From Botryllus schlosseri (lineage: Eukaryota), in contig CM119371.1 in NCBI GenBank assembly GCA_051294905.1, positions 558,001 to 622,000 on the forward strand: a stretch of 64,000 nucleotides of DNA. Direction: 5' to 3'. A program made the position numbers and the translations under genes. Below, piece by piece: positions 1 to 9,773 of this stretch. The number at the start of each line of letters is the position of its first letter. Within the stretch, counting starts at the first letter, position 1. The notes below the pieces were generated by a model. That model did no database searches and was not told where the DNA came from. It was given only the letters and a program-made list of their open reading frames with translations.

Positions 1-88
1 AGAACCATCTTGAAATATGATTTGTGATTCAGTGCAATGCATTTATTGTGTGAATGTGAATGTTAATGTGATGTGTATGAAATTACAG

Positions 89-471
89 ATAACAGGCTTA
101 CAAACGATCGGAAAATCGTAAACACTAGATAGTGCTCGCATTGGGTTAATCTCAACGCAGTCAACTCGGTCTTTTCCACCTGGCCGTCGCCACGAGAGGA
201 TCTCGAATCTGCGCTCGTGAATATATTACCAATACACGTGTAAGTATACACTGATCTTATTCAATAGACCAAAGTTTGTGTTAACGCGATGTTTTCTTGC
301 TTCATCGAAACAGAGAAAGAGAAGAAGAATCAAGCCCAATCATCGAACTTATTGCATCGGTGAGTTCTCTGTTTTTTTACTACCTTAAGTTGGTGAACAT
401 AATTTTGAGGAAGGTTGTTTCTTTGTTTACCAGGTGAAAAAGAACTCAAGATTTCAAGGGAAAAAATATAA
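89..471 (+). other. Putative spliced upstream exons (about 89/133-239, 314-359, 434-471) of the Polinton early transcript
   Basis: Donors GTAAGT (240), GTGAGT (360), GTAAGT (472) and acceptors ending CAG at 313, 433, 540 define introns of 74, 74 and 69 nt. Confidence 0.6.
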
Positions 472-540
472 GTAAGTGTTACTATCTCGTTGATTATTAG
501 AATACAGAGTGTGAAATTGAAATCGAATTCAATGTTACAG

Positions 541-3500
541 ATGAGCCGTCGCAGAAGACACCGTATCCGTGAGAAAGCTGAATTTCCACCAGATATTGGT
601 GATGAACGTCAAGAAATTTTAACACAGAACTGGCAAGCCATAAAATCGTATGTAGCAAACATAGGCAGATCTCGAGTGGTGTACAATATTCGGATTATAA
701 ATCGTCAACTCTCAGCTGTTCGCGAGGACATCGAAGCGATATTCTTCTCTGAATCGTGTAGATTTAAAGTCAACTATTCATCTGGCTGTATTCTATACCA
801 CACCGAGACTCTAAGATATCGTTATTTTCATGCATCGTCAAATATCGATCGTGTTCTGGATATGCCATTGGCTATTTCATCATTGATACAGTTTGAAAAA
901 TTTGTAGAATCCATTAGATTGGAAACTGCATTTGATGTATTGCGTAAAGCCCGACCAGATACTAAATCACAGCCTGTTTGTCTAACAAATATACAGTTTT
1001 ACGTATTCCCTAGCGATAGGTTATTGATAGGGTGTACTGATGTTAATCTTCCTCTGTGGCTTACAAAATCGAAATGTGTCATGACACTACTTCATGATAA
1101 AAATCGTAATCGGTATAACGATAATCTGTGTGTATTTCGTTGCATTGGCCACTCGCTCGATCGTGATGCGAAATCATTGGCTGAACAGTATACCCAGGTT
1201 TATGGTGTGAACGTTGTTGGTTGTGTAACTTTTGAAATGTTACCTGACATCGAAAGATTGTTTGATGTAGCGATATCTATCTATCGTAAGACCGATGGTA
1301 AAGCTATTGCTGTCCGACGTAGTACTTATGTAGCCACTCCTGTTTATTTACACCTCGAAAATTCTCATGCTTGCTTGATAACTCAGATCAATCGATACCT
1401 CGAAAGCTATCATTGTGAATCTTGTGGAAAATTTTTCGATCTTGCAACTCATCTGACCAGGCACAACTGCATCACTGAACCTGTCGAGATATTTCCCGGC
1501 GGGATATATAGACCACCTTTGACGGTATTTGAACGAATGGAGATTGAAGGCATAATTGTCCCAAATCATTTACGTTTTTTCAAATATCGGATTGCCTTCG
1601 ATATCGAGAGTATGTTTCAACAATGTGATTTTGATCCCTCAGCTAAAACGACTTACGAGTGGAAGCATATTCCAATTTCCGTTAGTATATCATCAAATGT
1701 AGACGGGTATTTGGAACCACAGGTAATTGTTTCTAATGGTGATCCAATTCAGTTGTGTGAAGAGATGGTAGAGATTTTTCATACAATTCAGAGTCGATCC
1801 TTAAGTCTGTTGCTAGTTGAATACCGTCAATATCTGGATTTGTTTGAATCTAAAATCACAGAGATGAAAGTATTAGACCCCTCGGACAAGCCTTTACCAT
1901 TGGAACGTTTACAAGATGAATTCATGTGCTATCTAAGGCGAATACCAGTTATATCTTTTAATGGTGACAGATACGACTTGAACTGTCTTAAGGTATACTT
2001 GCTGCGTTTTTTCGTTGATGAAAACTTGAATGTTTTGAAGCGTGGTAACACATTTCTCTCGCTAACTACGAACAGGCTTCGTTTCCTCGATATCGTCAAT
2101 TACTTGGCACCTGGTTTTTCTTATGAAAAATATCTGAAAGCGTTCAAATGTAGTGGTGCAAAGGGTCATTTTCCATATGAATTTCTGACTAGTATTGAAC
2201 TGTTAGATTACCCTATGCTCCCGAATCATCAGTCATTTTATAGCTCGATAAAACGTTGTAATATATCGAAAGCTGATTATGAAAACAGCCTCAAGGTTTG
2301 GAATGATCATAATATGACATCGCTTCGTGACTATCTAAAATGGTACAATGCAATTGACACTCGCTACTTCATTGAAGGGTTAGAAAAGCAATTCGACTCT
2401 TTCAAGTCTCAATTTAATGTGGATATATTTAAAGAAGCTGTCTCGCTGCCGGGTGTTGTTTCGAGGCATATATTCAATTCCATTCCAAGGTGCTTCACCT
2501 TGTTCAGTGAAAAGCATAAAGACCTAGCTTTACTTTTTCGTGAAAATCTTGTCGGTGGCCCGTCAATCATCTTTAATCGGTATCAAAAAAGGGGGGAAAC
2601 TCGCATAAAACAACTTTTCTATGGTAAAGACGCAGAAATAACGCAGTATATAAGAGGGATGGACTGCAATTCGATGTACCTCCGAGCAATTTCGCTTGCG
2701 TCACCAGCAGGCTATCCCATTCATTGGAAAAGCCTTGATAACGAGTGTTCTAAATTTAAACCGGTCAAGACTGCTCCTACCTTTGGCCATAAAGCGCATG
2801 AATGGATACAGTACTATTCTCATGTTCATGGTGTACATGTCCACCATGCTTTCAACGGGTCAGAAGTAAGGATAGGCTCCAAGGGGTACCCTGCAGATGC
2901 ATTCTACCGTGACTCATCGGGTCGAGGCGTTGTGTTATCGTTTCTGGGGTGTTTCTTCCATTCTCACAGTAAATGCCGCTTTGCATATGACGACCCCGTG
3001 CGTCGAGAGCGAACAGAACGTGTACATTCATATTACAGAAGCCTAGGGCATCGTGTTATCACGATGTGGGAATGTCATTGGGATATCTCTAAACGTGAAA
3101 ACTCCGAAATCGCTCAATTTATAAACAGTGTTCGACCTCGATTGATTCGCAACAAGTCACTAACAGCTCATAAGTTGATTGAAATGGTGTTAGATGGAAC
3201 GTTCTTTGGGGCTTTACTGGTTGATATTTACACTCCTTCCCATTTGAAAAGATATTTTTCTGAACTGTGTCCAATATTCAAAAACACCCTTGTCTCTCGT
3301 AACGACCTGAAAGGCCACATGAAGCAATTTGCTATTGATCACAACCTATTACCAGCAGCTACACGTATGTTGGTTGCATCGTACTATGGCCAGAGAATTC
3401 TTTTGTCATCGACATTGATAAAATGGTATATAGAACATGGTCTAATTGTTTCACGGATATACGAGGCAATCGAATTTACAAAATCAACTTGTTTTGAAGG

Positions 3501-4393
3501 GTTCGCAAAAACTGTCTCTGACGCGAGACGGCTAGGTGACCGGGATCCGGACAAGGAAATTATTGCTTTGACTCATAAGCTTTCTGGTAATGTGATATAT
3601 GGGAAGATGATAATGAACCCCCTCAAATTTAAACGAACCAGTTTTTGTGATAAAAGTCAATTGCGGAGAAATGTCAATGATCCGTTTTTTGTGAATGTAG
3701 AAGACTTGACCTCTAATTTATACGAAGTAACCAAAAGGCCTAAAAAAAATAAAATGGAATACTTGCATTCACGTCGGATGGTTCGTTTATCAAAACGCGA
3801 AACAGCAATTGCTATCGTTTTTTTACGACTGTCTCTGTACGTACTTTGACGACAGGAAATGGGTAATGGCAATGTGTGACACGGACTCGATCTACATCGG
3901 GCATTCAGCTTCTTTCGATGATATGCTAATCCCAGAAAAAAGATCTGAATTTCATCTGAATTACGAAAAATGGTTCCCACGCTATTTTTGTGACGAACAT
4001 AGAAATGAGTTCCTGTCCAACCCAACCTCATTCGATAGAACGAGGCAATGCTGTAAAGATGTCTATGCATACTTTCTACAGCAACCTGGTTTGTTCAAGG
4101 TCGAATACGAGGACGGTACTGCATTTTGTGGTCTCCAATCAAAAAATTACTTTTGCGATGGTCCAAAACAAAAGTATGCCTCGAAAGGTCTTCAGAAATC
4201 TGGTCAAGTAAATTTTGAAACATTCCTTGAAGTATTGACATCTCAAAAACCTATGGGAGGTCATAATAGAGGGTTCAGAGTTCATAATAACGGTATTTAC
4301 ACGTACCAGCAGCATCGCGATACCTTGTCTTATTTTTACGCCAAGCGTCATGTTCTGGACGATGGCGTCACCACTATTCCCTTGAATCTGTAA
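541..4393 (+). pseudogene. pPolB: Protein-primed family B DNA polymerase (pPolB), one frameshift at the A8 run 3742-3749
   Basis: Exonuclease motifs AFDIES, FNGDRYD, YNAID; polymerase motifs DCNSMY, KLSGNVIYGK, CDTDS (3875-3889), KNY. Removing one A at 3742-3749 joins ORF 490..3849 to ORF 3809..4393 through KIKWNTCIHVGWFVYQNAKQQLLSFFYD. First ATG is at 541. Confidence 0.95.
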
Positions 4394-4445
4394 TGTGTAA
4401 TTGCTTTTGTATATTTCTGATCATGTTTTTTCTTGTTTTTCACAG

Positions 4446-4961
4446 ATGAATATTGCAAGTTCTTTCATCAAATCTGTTTTAATAGAGTTAGATTTGGATA
4501 CTTTGCATAAGCAAACCATTGGCTTGGAACAGGATTTAACGCAACACTCTATTGTCGGGACCCAGGACGAGCCACTCACCGGTACGATATCCGACCGTCA
4601 TTACAGAGAGCGCCTGAATCAGCTCGAACAAAGATGGAACTCTATTCGTGAAATATGCATGGAAGCACTACTACAACTCCGATTCCCAGACATTTTCAAT
4701 CGAGCCAAGCTGACGAATTATGTCGTTTTGGGTAAAACCAGGACTTGGATTCCACTTTTCGATTGGGAGGAAAAAAGAGCCAACTTCAAGAATTGTATGC
4801 GTGGGCGTTCCTTGCAGCTCTTTCTCGACCAGCATCGTGCCGCCAACTCTAAAAAACGATCTCATTCAGACTCGGAAAGCAGTGATGCTGGAACACAACC
4901 TTCTGAGTTGAGAAATGATGGCTTCCCCGATAACTATAACTGTGCCGATCCCAATTTGTGA
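4446..4961 (+). CDS. Polinton hypothetical protein A (helical, about 171 aa, basic/acidic low-complexity tail)
   Basis: Open frame from ATG 4446, preceded by a polypyrimidine tract and CACAG; similar to the spliced product of 5080..5543. Confidence 0.75.
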   Translation: MNIASSFIKSVLIELDLDTLHKQTIGLEQDLTQHSIVGTQDEPLTGTISDRHYRERLNQLEQRWNSIREICMEALLQLRFPDIFNRAKLTNYVVLGKTRTWIPLFDWEEKRANFKNCMRGRSLQLFLDQHRAANSKKRSHSDSESSDAGTQPSELRNDGFPDNYNCADPNL

Positions 4962-5079
4962 TATTTTGCTGTTTAGTGATAATGCTTATCAATTTTAGGT
5001 GTTCAAATGTAATATCTAACCGGGTTAAAGACCAGTTTTGTGCTCGGATGGTTTAATGTATTTGTGTTTTGTTTTACAG

Positions 5080-5538
5080 ATGGCTACTAACTACTTAAAA
5101 TCTATACTACAACATTCCAAACTGGATCAACTACGTGACAAGACACTGTGCCGTTATCACGATCGCATTCAAGTCGTCGACATGTATTTGAGACATGATA
5201 TATCGAATGAATTCTACAATCGATGCGTTTCAAGACAACGCGAGGATTTAGAACAATGCTCCCATGGTGAGATAGCATGTATGATTTTGTGTTCTCATGC
5301 TAGACATTTTCACAAATAACTTTCCGACACAACTCTAATATCATTTCATATCTAGACTGGGAACAACTGCTGGACGATCTTCAAAAAGCCTTCGTGACCT
5401 TGCAACTACCCTTGACGAAATTACAAACCAGTGATGAGGACTTTGTCACACGCGGCAAACTGCTGAATCGAACTTTGCTGGGACTATACATCCCACTTGA
5501 AGATGAATACAACAGTGGATTCTCCCAGTCCGCGGACT

Positions 5539-5543
<5 letters not shown>
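5080..5543 (+). CDS. Polinton hypothetical protein B, two exons (5080-5266, 5356-5543), paralog of protein A
   Basis: Intron GTGAGA (5267) ... CTCTAAT branch-like site ... TCTAG (5355). Splicing gives an open frame ...EQCSHDWEQLLDDLQKAFVTLQLP...FVTRGKLLNRTLLGLYIPLEDEY...TGA, which aligns with protein A. Confidence 0.72.

Positions 5544-5572
<29 letters not shown>
5543..5572. repeat. (AT)n microsatellite inside the Polinton, about 15 units
   Basis: Direct observation; followed by AATAAA at 5598-5603. Confidence 0.95.
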
Positions 5573-5577
<5 letters not shown>

Positions 5578-5610
5578 CATTCGTTTTTCGAGTTTTGAAT
5601 AAACAGCAAC

Positions 5611-6219
5611 ATGGAATTCAAGCATCCTTTCTCATTCATCCCATCCGGACCATCTCGTAGTGGTAAAACTACTTTCATCACTAAACTGATCAAGAATGCA
5701 GCCTCAATGATCAAACCTAATATTTCTAGAATCGTGTACTGCTATAATAATTATCAGAGTATTTTTGAGACCATGCCCCAGGTTGAATTTTACAATGGAT
5801 TGGAGATTTTGGAAGATCTTAAATCAAGTAACGAGGATGTATTGATAATAGTAGACGATTTTATGACTCAGACAGAAAAATTGGTAGAATATTTTATACG
5901 TATATCGCATCATAACCGAAAGTCAATAATATTCTGCACACAAAACTTTCATCATCAGGGCAAAGGCGCTCGCGACCTCAGTCTATCAGCTATGTATGTC
6001 TGCCTGTTTAAAAATCCCAGAGATCAGAACCAAATATCTGTCTTGGGGCGTCAGATGTACCCAAAGTCCAAGTTTCTAACAGAATGTTATAGAGACGCTG
6101 TCAAGAGACCTCATTCGTATTTGTGCCTCGATCTCACACAAGAGTGCCCCGATGATAGACGGGTCATGACCAATATATTTCCAGGCGAAACATTGACTAT
6201 TTACACTCAACCGGTATAA
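5611..6219 (+). CDS. A32/FtsK-like genome packaging ATPase
   Basis: Walker A GPSRSGKT, Walker B LIIVDD, ISHH and CTQN motifs, LFKNPRD; 202 aa intact. Confidence 0.95.
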   Translation: MEFKHPFSFIPSGPSRSGKTTFITKLIKNAASMIKPNISRIVYCYNNYQSIFETMPQVEFYNGLEILEDLKSSNEDVLIIVDDFMTQTEKLVEYFIRISHHNRKSIIFCTQNFHHQGKGARDLSLSAMYVCLFKNPRDQNQISVLGRQMYPKSKFLTECYRDAVKRPHSYLCLDLTQECPDDRRVMTNIFPGETLTIYTQPV

Positions 6220-6226
6220 ATACCGG
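6211..6226 (+). promoter_or_regulatory. Candidate TATA box within a short palindrome (CCGGTA-TAAA-TACCGG)
   Basis: TATAAATA at 6215-6222 overlaps the ATPase stop codon, about 30 nt before the ATG at 6251. Confidence 0.45.
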
Positions 6227-6250
6227 GGTGTACGCTGTTCTGGTTTCAAA

Positions 6251-6598
6251 ATGACTCCGATTCCGCGCAGAACAAGAGACCATTTGCCAACATTAGCATT
6301 CTTGCATCAAGCTAAACCCGCGATACGCAAGGAGATTTTATCTGGGGCTAGTGAAGGTCTAATACGTTGTATTTGTGAGTGTGCGAAAAATTTATTACAC
6401 GGAAATATACCGCTATCAGCGTCCCAGAGAAAACGCTTGTGTTGCCATAGGAACATCTTGAGGAAGCTTACCAACAAAGACGTTTCATTGCGCCGTAAAA
6501 GGACTCTTGTGACTCAAAATGGTGGGATGTTTATGTCTCTAATATCAAGTATACTCCCAGTAGTTACAGGATTACTCGGGAATTTATTTAAGAAATGA
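6251..6598 (+). CDS. Conserved small basic Polinton protein with QxGG motif and amphipathic C-terminus (putative virion precursor protein)
   Basis: ICECAKNLLHGNIPL, basic LRKL/RRKR stretch, QNGG followed by MFMSLISSILPVVTGLLGNLF. Confidence 0.75.
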   Translation: MTPIPRRTRDHLPTLAFLHQAKPAIRKEILSGASEGLIRCICECAKNLLHGNIPLSASQRKRLCCHRNILRKLTNKDVSLRRKRTLVTQNGGMFMSLISSILPVVTGLLGNLFKK

Positions 6599-7002
6599 CA
6601 CATTTCAAGAAAATTTACGTCACGCCGAATCCACTCAACCATGTCGACATTCAAAAACTGAATTCAGACATCGATAAACGTATATACGAAATATTACAAA
6701 TGGATATTCCGCGGGGTAAAAAATTGGCGTTATATAACGACGCGTTGAATCGGTTCCAGAACAGACACGATGTTCTTAATCAACCCATGAAAATTGATGT
6801 ACCAAATCAACCTAACCTGTTTTCTAATGCTGAATTGGATGCGTTACGACACATGATAAAAATCAAACCTGAATCTTCAAAGATCCCCGTACCGAACCAG
6901 TCACCTGCTAGACCCAGAACTAAAATCCCTTCGCCCCATGTCACAACGAAAAGGGGGCGGTCTATCAAGACACCGGCGCGATTCAAATGGAACGTTTACT
7001 GA
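6595..7002 (+). CDS. Conserved Polinton hypothetical protein, 135 aa
   Basis: IDKRIYEIL...KLALYNDALNRF helical N-terminus and C-terminal KWNVY; ATGA overlap with the upstream gene; position just before the integrase. Confidence 0.65.
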   Translation: MTHFKKIYVTPNPLNHVDIQKLNSDIDKRIYEILQMDIPRGKKLALYNDALNRFQNRHDVLNQPMKIDVPNQPNLFSNAELDALRHMIKIKPESSKIPVPNQSPARPRTKIPSPHVTTKRGRSIKTPARFKWNVY

Positions 7003-8014
7003 ATATTTCGCTCCGGATCGACCTGGTAGCTATCGTGGAGCGTATGTGTTCGGCAGGGGGCGCAATAGAGCCGCGGTAAAAGACTTTCTTAGGCGACACG
7101 AGACCTATACCAGACATTTCCCTGTCCGACAAAAGTTTCAACGTCCAAAAGTAATTACATCAGGTTTAGGTGTCCAATATCAAGCTGACCTCATGCACAT
7201 GGAAAACCTAGCATCGGAAAATGATGGTTTCAAATACATATTATTGGTTGTGGACATATTCAGTAAAATTCTATATCTTTTCCCGCTTCGAGATAAATCT
7301 GCAAAGGGTGTTATTCGATGTTTCAAAGAAATCTTTACCCAAATTAAACCCCACATTATTCAGAGCGACCAGGGAACTGAGTTTACAAACCGCTCCTTCC
7401 AGAGTTTTTTAAAACAGAACGGTGTAAAACACTTTTTCACACATAGCGAATTGAAGGCATCTATAGCCGAGCGTGCCATCAGAAGTGTGAAGCAAACACT
7501 ATTCCGGTACTTTACACATAATAAAACGTTAAATTACGTCAATGTTTTATCGGAAATATGTCTAGGATTTAACTCAACTTACCATACGAGTTTAGGCCGC
7601 GCTCCGGTTGATGTTAATTTTTCAAATCAAGAAGATGTCTTTCATCGATTATACGGTGATACCACACCAAAGCAGCCAACACTATCCGTTGGTACCCCTG
7701 TGAGGATTTCAAAAACACGACAACGATTCGTAAAATCGGCATTGGCTGGTTGGAGCGAAGAAATATTTTTCATTTCGAAATGTTTTTCTGGGGACCCGAT
7801 TAGTTATCAACTGAAAGATTATGCAAACGAAAATGTATCCGGCCGCTTTCAACGCGAAGAAATTCAACCTGTGATTATTGATAATGACATTTTCAACGTC
7901 GAAAAGATTCTGTCTACACGTAAGAAGGCCGGGAAAACCGAGTATCTGGTCAAATGGTCTGGATACCCCGAAAAATTTAATTCGTGGGTTTCGGATTACT
8001 ATATAAAGCCCTGA
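6938..8014 (+). CDS. Retroviral-like (rve) DDE integrase with C-terminal chromodomain
   Basis: YQADL, VVDIFSK, QSDQGTEF, IAERAIRSVK; C-terminal FNVEKILSTRKKAGKTEYLVKWSGYPEKFNSWV chromodomain. Exact start uncertain. Confidence 0.96.
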   Translation: MSQRKGGGLSRHRRDSNGTFTEYFAPDRPGSYRGAYVFGRGRNRAAVKDFLRRHETYTRHFPVRQKFQRPKVITSGLGVQYQADLMHMENLASENDGFKYILLVVDIFSKILYLFPLRDKSAKGVIRCFKEIFTQIKPHIIQSDQGTEFTNRSFQSFLKQNGVKHFFTHSELKASIAERAIRSVKQTLFRYFTHNKTLNYVNVLSEICLGFNSTYHTSLGRAPVDVNFSNQEDVFHRLYGDTTPKQPTLSVGTPVRISKTRQRFVKSALAGWSEEIFFISKCFSGDPISYQLKDYANENVSGRFQREEIQPVIIDNDIFNVEKILSTRKKAGKTEYLVKWSGYPEKFNSWVSDYYIKP

Positions 8015-8037
8015 GTAATGTTTTTTATATTGTAAAT

Positions 8038-8253
8038 ATGGATTCCCAGTCCACGTCAAGCCGCGTTACTGAATTCAAACTTGAAATAAAAAATCAGTGT
8101 GTATTTGTCGTACAAATTTTTATGCTAGTCGGAATAATCATTTTTTCGTTATATCAAATTTCTGTGAAACCCGATCGCGAAATATATTTAACGCTGTTAT
8201 CGAGCTGTCTAGGATATTTACTCCCACAACCGTCTCCTCATCGTGTGCGCTGA
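8038..8253 (+). CDS. Small two-helix membrane protein of Polinton type (71 aa)
   Basis: Hydrophobic VFVVQIFMLVGIIIFSLY and YLTLLSSCLGYLLPQP; TATATAAA at about 8000-8007 upstream and AATAAA at 8260-8265 downstream. Confidence 0.7.
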   Translation: MDSQSTSSRVTEFKLEIKNQCVFVVQIFMLVGIIIFSLYQISVKPDREIYLTLLSSCLGYLLPQPSPHRVR

Positions 8254-8265
8254 AAATACAATAAA

Positions 8266-9099
8266 ATGCTGTTAACCTTACCATCCAATGCTAGTATGTC
8301 AATTTTTGAAAATACACCATCAAATTTTGAAACAGAACTCTACAGTGAACTAGAAATGCCATAACACCTTGTCGGTCTTTCTGAAATAAGTTTTGAAAAT
8401 AATTTTCAACCCCGGATTGAAGTGGCAAGAAATACTATGGGGTTCAGATTTGGTGATGAAAATTCAGGTGTCAAGCAATATTATATTCCAGAAGGATCTT
8501 ATCACAATGTCGCGGAAATGCTAGAATCTTTTGAAAAATACTACATGGGTGAAATATTCATCATTCAAGGATATGACGAGTTTAGAATCGCTTTTCGAAA
8601 TTTACCATCGCACAGAGTTAGACACACGCGAAGTATATCGACAAATAATAACATCGGGAGTATGGTTACAAGACCGAAAGACCTTAACACCGAGAAATCA
8701 ATAGAGACTTACGGATTGTCACCTATTGGCCCCGTGTTGAGTAAATTAGCTTTTAAGCGCGTATATGCCCCGCATTCCACTATGCCGATAGAATTCATAT
8801 TTTCCCCTGCCGTGAAATTAGACCCAATCGATCAAATTTATGTCTATTCTGATTTGATTCAGCCACGACCCCATGGTAATCAGTTACAACCACTCTTACG
8901 AGTCATCACAGTGACATGTGAACCAAATCAGAATCAAACTAGTGTCTTTCATAAACCATACTATTTTCAGTTGGCGAAAAACAAATTTCGCCGAATAAGA
9001 ATATATTTACATGATAAATTTGGTAATCCAATTAAATTTCAAAAAGGACCTGTCACTGTCAGTCTTTTATTCCGCCGAAAAGCTGTGGACTCGATATGA
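8266..9099 (+). pseudogene. Minor capsid (penton-like) protein 1, in-frame TAA at 8362-8364
   Basis: N-terminus MLLTLPSNASMSIFENTPSNF...*HLVGLSEISF is in frame with ORF 8422..9099, which has YVYSDLIQP...GNQLQPLLRVI and IRIYLHDKFGNPIKFQKGPVTVSLLFR. Confidence 0.85.
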
Positions 9100-9773
9100 C
9101 ATACGTCACAATTTCTGGAGATCACGCGGGATTCTCAGTCGACCTTACCAAGACTATCATTTGCAATGAAATCTCACTTATAGACATAAGCTTTAATGTT
9201 GAGTTAAACAATCAAATTATAATTGAACGTGATGAAAAAATTTGGGAGTATCGTAATTCACAACAATTACTAGATACATACCTTACCCCCATTGGAAATT
9301 ATGCTACCCCGAAACAGTTGATGGATAGGATTTTATCTGAAAGATTTCCGTATAATACTGTTTATAACATAGAGAAAATCAGTGGAGAACTATTCCGAAT
9401 TCTAACCCCGATACATATTACAATCCACCCCAACAGTATTCTAGAAAAATATTTCAATGTCACACGCGACCTAACATCACGGTTATGTAATTCCACATTA
9501 ATCAGGTGTAAACCGGTGCCCACTGAGATAAGATATCTTTTTGTTTATTGTGACTCAGTCAAGCATCGTCACTTGGGTGATTATATGAGTCAACTACTTC
9601 GCGTTATTCAAATCAAAACCACTCCACGTTACCGCGAAGAGATCATTTATGAGAAACCGATATATTTTCCAGTATCAACAAATCACATCCAGAATATAAA
9701 AATCTCCATTAGAGACCAATTCGGTCAGTTGATCCAGGGTATACACACTACGTTGACACTTCATTTACGATGA
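9096..9773 (+). CDS. Minor capsid (penton-like) protein 2
   Basis: ISLIDISF; FVYCDSVKHRHLGDYMSQLLRVI; PIYFPV...IKISIRDQFGQLI...LTLHLR. Confidence 0.82.
   Translation: MTYVTISGDHAGFSVDLTKTIICNEISLIDISFNVELNNQIIIERDEKIWEYRNSQQLLDTYLTPIGNYATPKQLMDRILSERFPYNTVYNIEKISGELFRILTPIHITIHPNSILEKYFNVTRDLTSRLCNSTLIRCKPVPTEIRYLFVYCDSVKHRHLGDYMSQLLRVIQIKTTPRYREEIIYEKPIYFPVSTNHIQNIKISIRDQFGQLIQGIHTTLTLHLR

Noticed and set aside
490..540. ORF-track N-terminal extensions from TTG starts (490, also 4401, 5038) and the 11661 start of the protease ORF
   Set aside because: The first three fall in intron-like sequence before the real ATGs (541, 4446, 5080). The 11661 extension overlaps the capsid gene; protease similarity starts at ATG 11802.
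3742..3749. Programmed ribosomal frameshift in pPolB or the capsid gene
   Set aside because: The shifts split essential domains that are continuous in relatives and no stimulatory structure was seen; mutation or sequencing error is simpler.
6520..6598. Calicivirus-type TURBS (UGGGA) driving reinitiation at the ATGA overlaps
   Set aside because: TGGGA occurs about 70 nt before the 6595 overlap only; it was not seen before the other four.
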